Sequence record: MZ436830.1
From: Escherichia phage JK1
Length of the DNA: 64,000 nt
Direction: 5' to 3' (one strand)
In this document: positions 62,841 to 64,000 of the stretch, in pieces
Position numbering within the stretch: the first letter of the stretch is position 1
How the letters are laid out: every line of letters starts with the position of its first letter
Notes under the pieces: generated by a model
Seen by the model: only the letters and a program-made list of their open reading frames with translations
What the model was told of the DNA's origin: nothing
Databases searched by the model: none
Translations under genes and position numbers: made by a program

Positions 62841-63033
62841 ACTTGAATTGTGCAATTCTTTTCTCTAGACATTCAGCATAAGATTTCATTGAGATGAACT
62901 GTGAAAGTAGCAGTTCTTGCTCAACTGCACTAACTGTTAGAAACTTTGCGCTTTCTAAAAATTTACTCAGTGCATTAATTTTGAGCATTAATTGATCGTA
63001 TTCTTCTTTTACTCGTGCTTGATAACCTAACAT
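62839..63033 (-). CDS. Hypothetical protein (64 aa)
   Basis: ORF directly downstream of rIIB. Confidence 0.5.
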   Translation of the reverse strand: MLGYQARVKEEYDQLMLKINALSKFLESAKFLTVSAVEQELLLSQFISMKSYAECLEKRIAQFK

Positions 63034-63061
63034 AATTTTCCTTAGTTAAGGGCCGAAGCCC

Positions 63062-64000
63062 TTATTTAAATTGTTCAGTAACGTCTTCAACTACTTCGTA
63101 TTGGCAGGTACGCATTTTAGCATCGTTGTAATCAATCGGAATTGATACTACATCGCGAGGATGTACTTTAACTTTTACGACTCGACTGGTTGAACTGCCA
63201 AAGTGACGAATATAAGATTTAGAACACACATGCAGACCACGAGAACAAGTTTGTGTATCATCGTCATTTACACGAGTACGTGGCATTTTAACTACTTTAC
63301 CCGGACTGTTATCAAAGGTGTTTGAGTGACAGTCAAAGTAATTGCTACGAACTACTTTCCAAGCATAGAAGTAGCCATCTTCTGTAATTTCAATATCGTT
63401 TGCTACCAAGAAATCAAAGAGTCGAGATACTGCTTTTTGGCTCGGGTTTTCCAACAGATTTTCCAAGAACGGAAAATAAAATTCAAAGTTTTCGCCTTTT
63501 TCCATCGAATCGAGAATACGATCAACTAAACCAGACCGTAATTCAATATTTTGATAGAACAAGCTTCCACCTTCAATTCGAACATCGCCGGAAATATATT
63601 TTTCAACAGCGCGACGAACATTAATTTTTTGTGCCGCTTCTTCCAGCTTATCCGCTACAAGCAGATTAAGAATTTCCTGGAAGTTTGAATGAGTATTAGG
63701 AGTTGCGTTATAAGTTACACCGTCAACAGTAATTGAAATGAATTTTTTAGATGCATTCCAAATAATGTCAGATTTAGCAACTGGAGCAATAACTGCATCG
63801 CTATTAACTTTAACTGTAATATCACCACTAATAGTAACTTTAGGGCGTTTAGCTTCTTCAGCATTTTTCAAAACACGACGGATTGTGTCAACCGATACAT
63901 CCTTCCAATAAGCTAATTCCTGCTGAGTGTAATTACCACTTGAATACAATTTAACAATTTCAGCTTGTTCGTTTTTGGTCAGGCATTTAATATTGTACAT
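63062..64000 (-). CDS. rIIB: rIIB protein (complete CDS ending at window edge)
   Basis: 312 aa; ATG is the last three bases of the window (revcomp of cat 63998-64000). Confidence 0.85.
   Translation of the reverse strand: MYNIKCLTKNEQAEIVKLYSSGNYTQQELAYWKDVSVDTIRRVLKNAEEAKRPKVTISGDITVKVNSDAVIAPVAKSDIIWNASKKFISITVDGVTYNATPNTHSNFQEILNLLVADKLEEAAQKINVRRAVEKYISGDVRIEGGSLFYQNIELRSGLVDRILDSMEKGENFEFYFPFLENLLENPSQKAVSRLFDFLVANDIEITEDGYFYAWKVVRSNYFDCHSNTFDNSPGKVVKMPRTRVNDDDTQTCSRGLHVCSKSYIRHFGSSTSRVVKVKVHPRDVVSIPIDYNDAKMRTCQYEVVEDVTEQFK

Overview
This window is a contiguous segment of a T-even (T4-like, Tequatrovirus-type) Escherichia phage genome, identified by reading the translated ORFs against remembered T4 proteins; no database search was run. 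It runs from the 3' end of gene 23 (major capsid protein) to a complete rIIB at the right edge. Order: 23(partial)-24-rnlB-hoc-inh-uvsW-uvsY-25-26-51-27-28-29-48-54-alt(x2)-30-(30.x)-rIII-31-cd-pseT-spanins-alc-rnlA-denA-nrdB-nrdA-td-frd-32-59-33-dsbA-rnh-34-35-36-37-38-t-asiA-motA-52-ac/stp-ndd-denB-rIIB. Structural and late genes lie on the + strand behind TATAAATA late promoters; early and middle genes lie on the - strand behind GTTTAC-N18-TAnTAT early promoters or MotA-box middle promoters. The phage is not T4 itself: td and nrdB are uninterrupted (no group I introns), no seg/mob homing endonuclease ORF is evident, gene 37 is long (1312 aa) with a C-terminal intramolecular-chaperone domain and is followed by a T2/T6-type glycine-rich gp38 adhesin. 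No single unprecedented system is evident; the main things worth a second look are two tandem Alt-family ADP-ribosyltransferase genes, an extra near-identical Ig-like domain in Hoc, a NADAR/YbiA-like ORF, families of repeated promoter/leader and hairpin elements, clusters of tiny membrane-protein ORFs, and an extra ORF between frd and td. Starts of small hypothetical ORFs are approximate (several ORF-track starts are TTG/GTG artefacts and were moved to ATG codons with a Shine-Dalgarno).
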